DNA from: an uncultured Verrucomicrobiae bacterium
GTDB taxonomy: Bacteria; Verrucomicrobiota; Verrucomicrobiia; Limisphaerales; JAFGQR01
Direction: 5' to 3'
Assembly (NCBI GenBank): GCA_963788655.1
Contig: CAWBHS010000072.1
Coordinates: 320,001-384,000 of the forward strand
Length of the DNA stretch: 64,000 nt
The notes under the pieces are model-generated. The model ran no database searches and was not told where the DNA came from. It saw only the letters and a list, made by a program, of their open reading frames with translations. The position numbers and the translations under genes are program-made. Shown piece after piece: positions 62,801 through 64,000 of the stretch; the first letter of the stretch is position 1; the number at the start of each line of letters is the position of its first letter.

Positions 62801-64000
62801 AATAACCAATCGCCCGTCGCTTTTTCCACCATGACGATGTTCGACGATGGTCAGCACAACGACGGGAACGCCGATGACGGTGTCTTTGCTACCGCGTTGC
62901 CGCCGTATTCCAACGGCACCGTCATCGAGTTTTACGTGGAAGCCACTGACAATCGGGATAACAGCCGCACTTGGCCGCCCGCCGCGCGGCAACTGAACGG
63001 TTCATTCGCGCAGACGGCCAACGCGCTTTACCAGGTGGACGAGAATCTGGCCGGGGTGTATGCCGGTGGCCAACCGGTCTGCCGGTTGGTCATGACCGAG
63101 TCCGAACGCTATGAATTAGAGCACATCAACCGCGGCAGCGACGCCGAAATGAATGCGACGTTGATTGTCAGCGATGGCACCGGCACGCACCTCCATTACC
63201 GGACGGGGATGCGCATTCGGGGCTCGGGCAGCCGGAGCCGCACGCCGCCGAATTACCGCGTCAATATTCCGTCCGACGACCGTTGGAATGGCTTGGCTGC
63301 CGTCAATCTCAACACGCAATTCATCCATTCGCAACTGGCCGGCAGTGCGGTGGCGTTGAAGTCGGGATTGCCGACGGCGGCCGCGCGGATTGTCCAAGTG
63401 CGGGTGAACGGCGCCAACTTGTCGCCCACCAGCACACCTTCGCCCGGCAGCGGTTCCGGCGCCGGCTTTGGCGCCTACGTCCTGGTGGAACCGTTGAACG
63501 GTGACTGGGCCAAACGGCATTTCCCGACGGATGGTGATGGCAACGTGTACCGCGTCGCTCAGGGCAACGGTGGCACACTCTATTATCGCGACCAAAATCC
63601 TTCATCCTACACAGGCAATTACTGCAAGACCTCCAACCAAAGCGAAAACGATTGGACGGACCTGATCCGGCTCAGTTATGCGGTTTCGTCGGGCTTGCCG
63701 GATGCGGCTTATCTGGAGTCGGTGCGCACCAATGCCAACGTGCAAATGTGGATGCGTTATTTTGCGGTCTGTTCGTTGCTGGTGTATTCCGAGAACGGAC
63801 TGCCCACTGGAGTCGGTGATGACTATGCCTTGTATCGTGGGATTGAGGATCCCCGGTTTTTGCTGATTCCGCACGACTTCGATACGGTGCTGGGTGAAGG
63901 CGACGGCTCGGCCTTTAGTTGGGGCACGGGTGCTTCGATCTGGCTGCCCATCGAGCGCGGTGGCGTTCCGTTTCTTAACCGCTTCATGCGCCACAATGAA
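59858..64000 (+). CDS. Second paralogous LamG-Ig-lamin tail-CotH protein, truncated by the window end
   Basis: ATG 59858 (MQNLFRL, compare MQNLVKT of the upstream paralogue); same frame at the window end (FLNRFMRHNE); missing from the ORF track, consistent with no stop in the window. Confidence 0.85.
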   Translation, partial: MQNLFRLSSVPFTGIILGMLVCSHLPASGAISTGLEFNGANNYVTFGVAPELGTATFTLETWFQWTGGGLSVVTGSGGVDAIPLVAKGRGESDGNNRDMNYLLGIRPGDQVLVADFEEGASGASPGQNHPVAGVTRISSGVWHHAAVTYDGSNWRLYLDGTLETTQAVGQPPRADSIQHASLATALDSSGTPAGYFAGVLDEVRIWNTALPASQISSNMNRTIGSAPGLIGRWSLDEGVGSTIQDSSGTGVTGTLMQAPAWVAGYAFSTPPVVALTHPADQSVFFAPADLDLEASASDVDGTVQWVEFFSGSTKLGEAPVDPFTYTWNNVQPGRYVLQAVATDNDGLSSTSAPVKVNVENPIVQISSPPDETVFLAHSDIALAAEAADPQGAITLLEFFEGHHKIGEASNRPFQMIWRDTLAGNHSVTAVSTDVGGIHNTSAPVNLTVISNIPPTVSITGPLHNAVLYVPASMTIQADAADIDGAVTNVQFFQGSTLQGSDDSAPYSLFWPSVPAGDYRLTAVAQDNWGYASTSSVVHVRVLPTEPPTVSSFTPPAGVVSNLTQITVLFSEPVDGVNASDLLVNGAPASVVIGADDQYTFNFPMPAEGLVTVAWAGNHGIVDRESNPRPFNGAAAGETVQYNQVDTAAPVVSRVIPPPGTVLRTLSQITIVFSEPVRGVQAEDLLVNGVPSRSLTGSDTGPYVFSFPELIDGTAQISWGANPGITDFSQSTNAFAGGTWEYTLDPNASFDGAVVINEIMYHPASENLGEEYIELRNITPDAINLANWRFSRGVDFTFTNVSLPGNGYLVVAADLSTFQSKYPGVTNVVGNWTGRLSNDDEDIELEDATGERVDLIHYADEGDWAVRQRGPNDGGYYGWEWFAPHDGSARNNANGQTVGDRSLELVNPLLPNDSGQNWDASQLAGGTPGASNSMTSTNTGPLILDVIHFPLVPNPTDSVTITARIVDDSAFGSMAALRYRNHNNQSPVAFSTMTMFDDGQHNDGNADDGVFATALPPYSNGTVIEFYVEATDNRDNSRTWPPAARQLNGSFAQTANALYQVDENLAGVYAGGQPVCRLVMTESERYELEHINRGSDAEMNATLIVSDGTGTHLHYRTGMRIRGSGSRSRTPPNYRVNIPSDDRWNGLAAVNLNTQFIHSQLAGSAVALKSGLPTAAARIVQVRVNGANLSPTSTPSPGSGSGAGFGAYVLVEPLNGDWAKRHFPTDGDGNVYRVAQGNGGTLYYRDQNPSSYTGNYCKTSNQSENDWTDLIRLSYAVSSGLPDAAYLESVRTNANVQMWMRYFAVCSLLVYSENGLPTGVGDDYALYRGIEDPRFLLIPHDFDTVLGEGDGSAFSWGTGASIWLPIERGGVPFLNRFMRHNE

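Noticed and set aside
47680..64000. Diversity-generating retroelement template/variable repeats between similar segments
   Set aside because: Similarity spans whole domains and looks like ordinary paralogue divergence; no adenine-specific pattern noticed and no reverse transcriptase in the window

Overview
GC-rich bacterial DNA whose gene content (PEP-CTERM, lamin-tail/CotH giants, ECF-Ser/Thr kinase module, GldA/F/G-DUF4340 operon) suggests Verrucomicrobiota or another PVC lineage (inference). Many genes carry single-base frameshifts, probably long-read consensus errors. The standout is 0.5-9.3 kb: an apparently cytoplasmic, co-oriented set of a plant-type alpha-glucan water dikinase (GWD1-like, tandem CBM45-like domains), a phosphoglucan water dikinase (PWD/GWD3-like) carrying a metal-binding TIM barrel where plant PWD has CBM20, and a second stand-alone TIM barrel. 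This is a candidate bacterial glucan phosphorylation (possibly also dephosphorylation) system. The rest comprises a HAF-repeat surface protein, MFS plus DUF2961/GH172, a PIN toxin-antitoxin pair, DUF2851, a 5.9 kb cassette bounded by a perfect 37-bp direct repeat (PEP-CTERM, RCC1-repeat protein, XRE), an HtrA-GldAFG-DUF4340-AsmA operon, blaI with its operator and a truncated M56 gene, an ECF sigma / three-domain glycosyltransferase / kinase-WD40 island, and two tandem giant Ig-LamG-lamin tail-CotH proteins. Several REP/MITE-like families occur, one in frame inside the PWD gene. No rRNA, tRNA, CRISPR array or transposase was recognised. All family calls come from motif recognition, not database searches.
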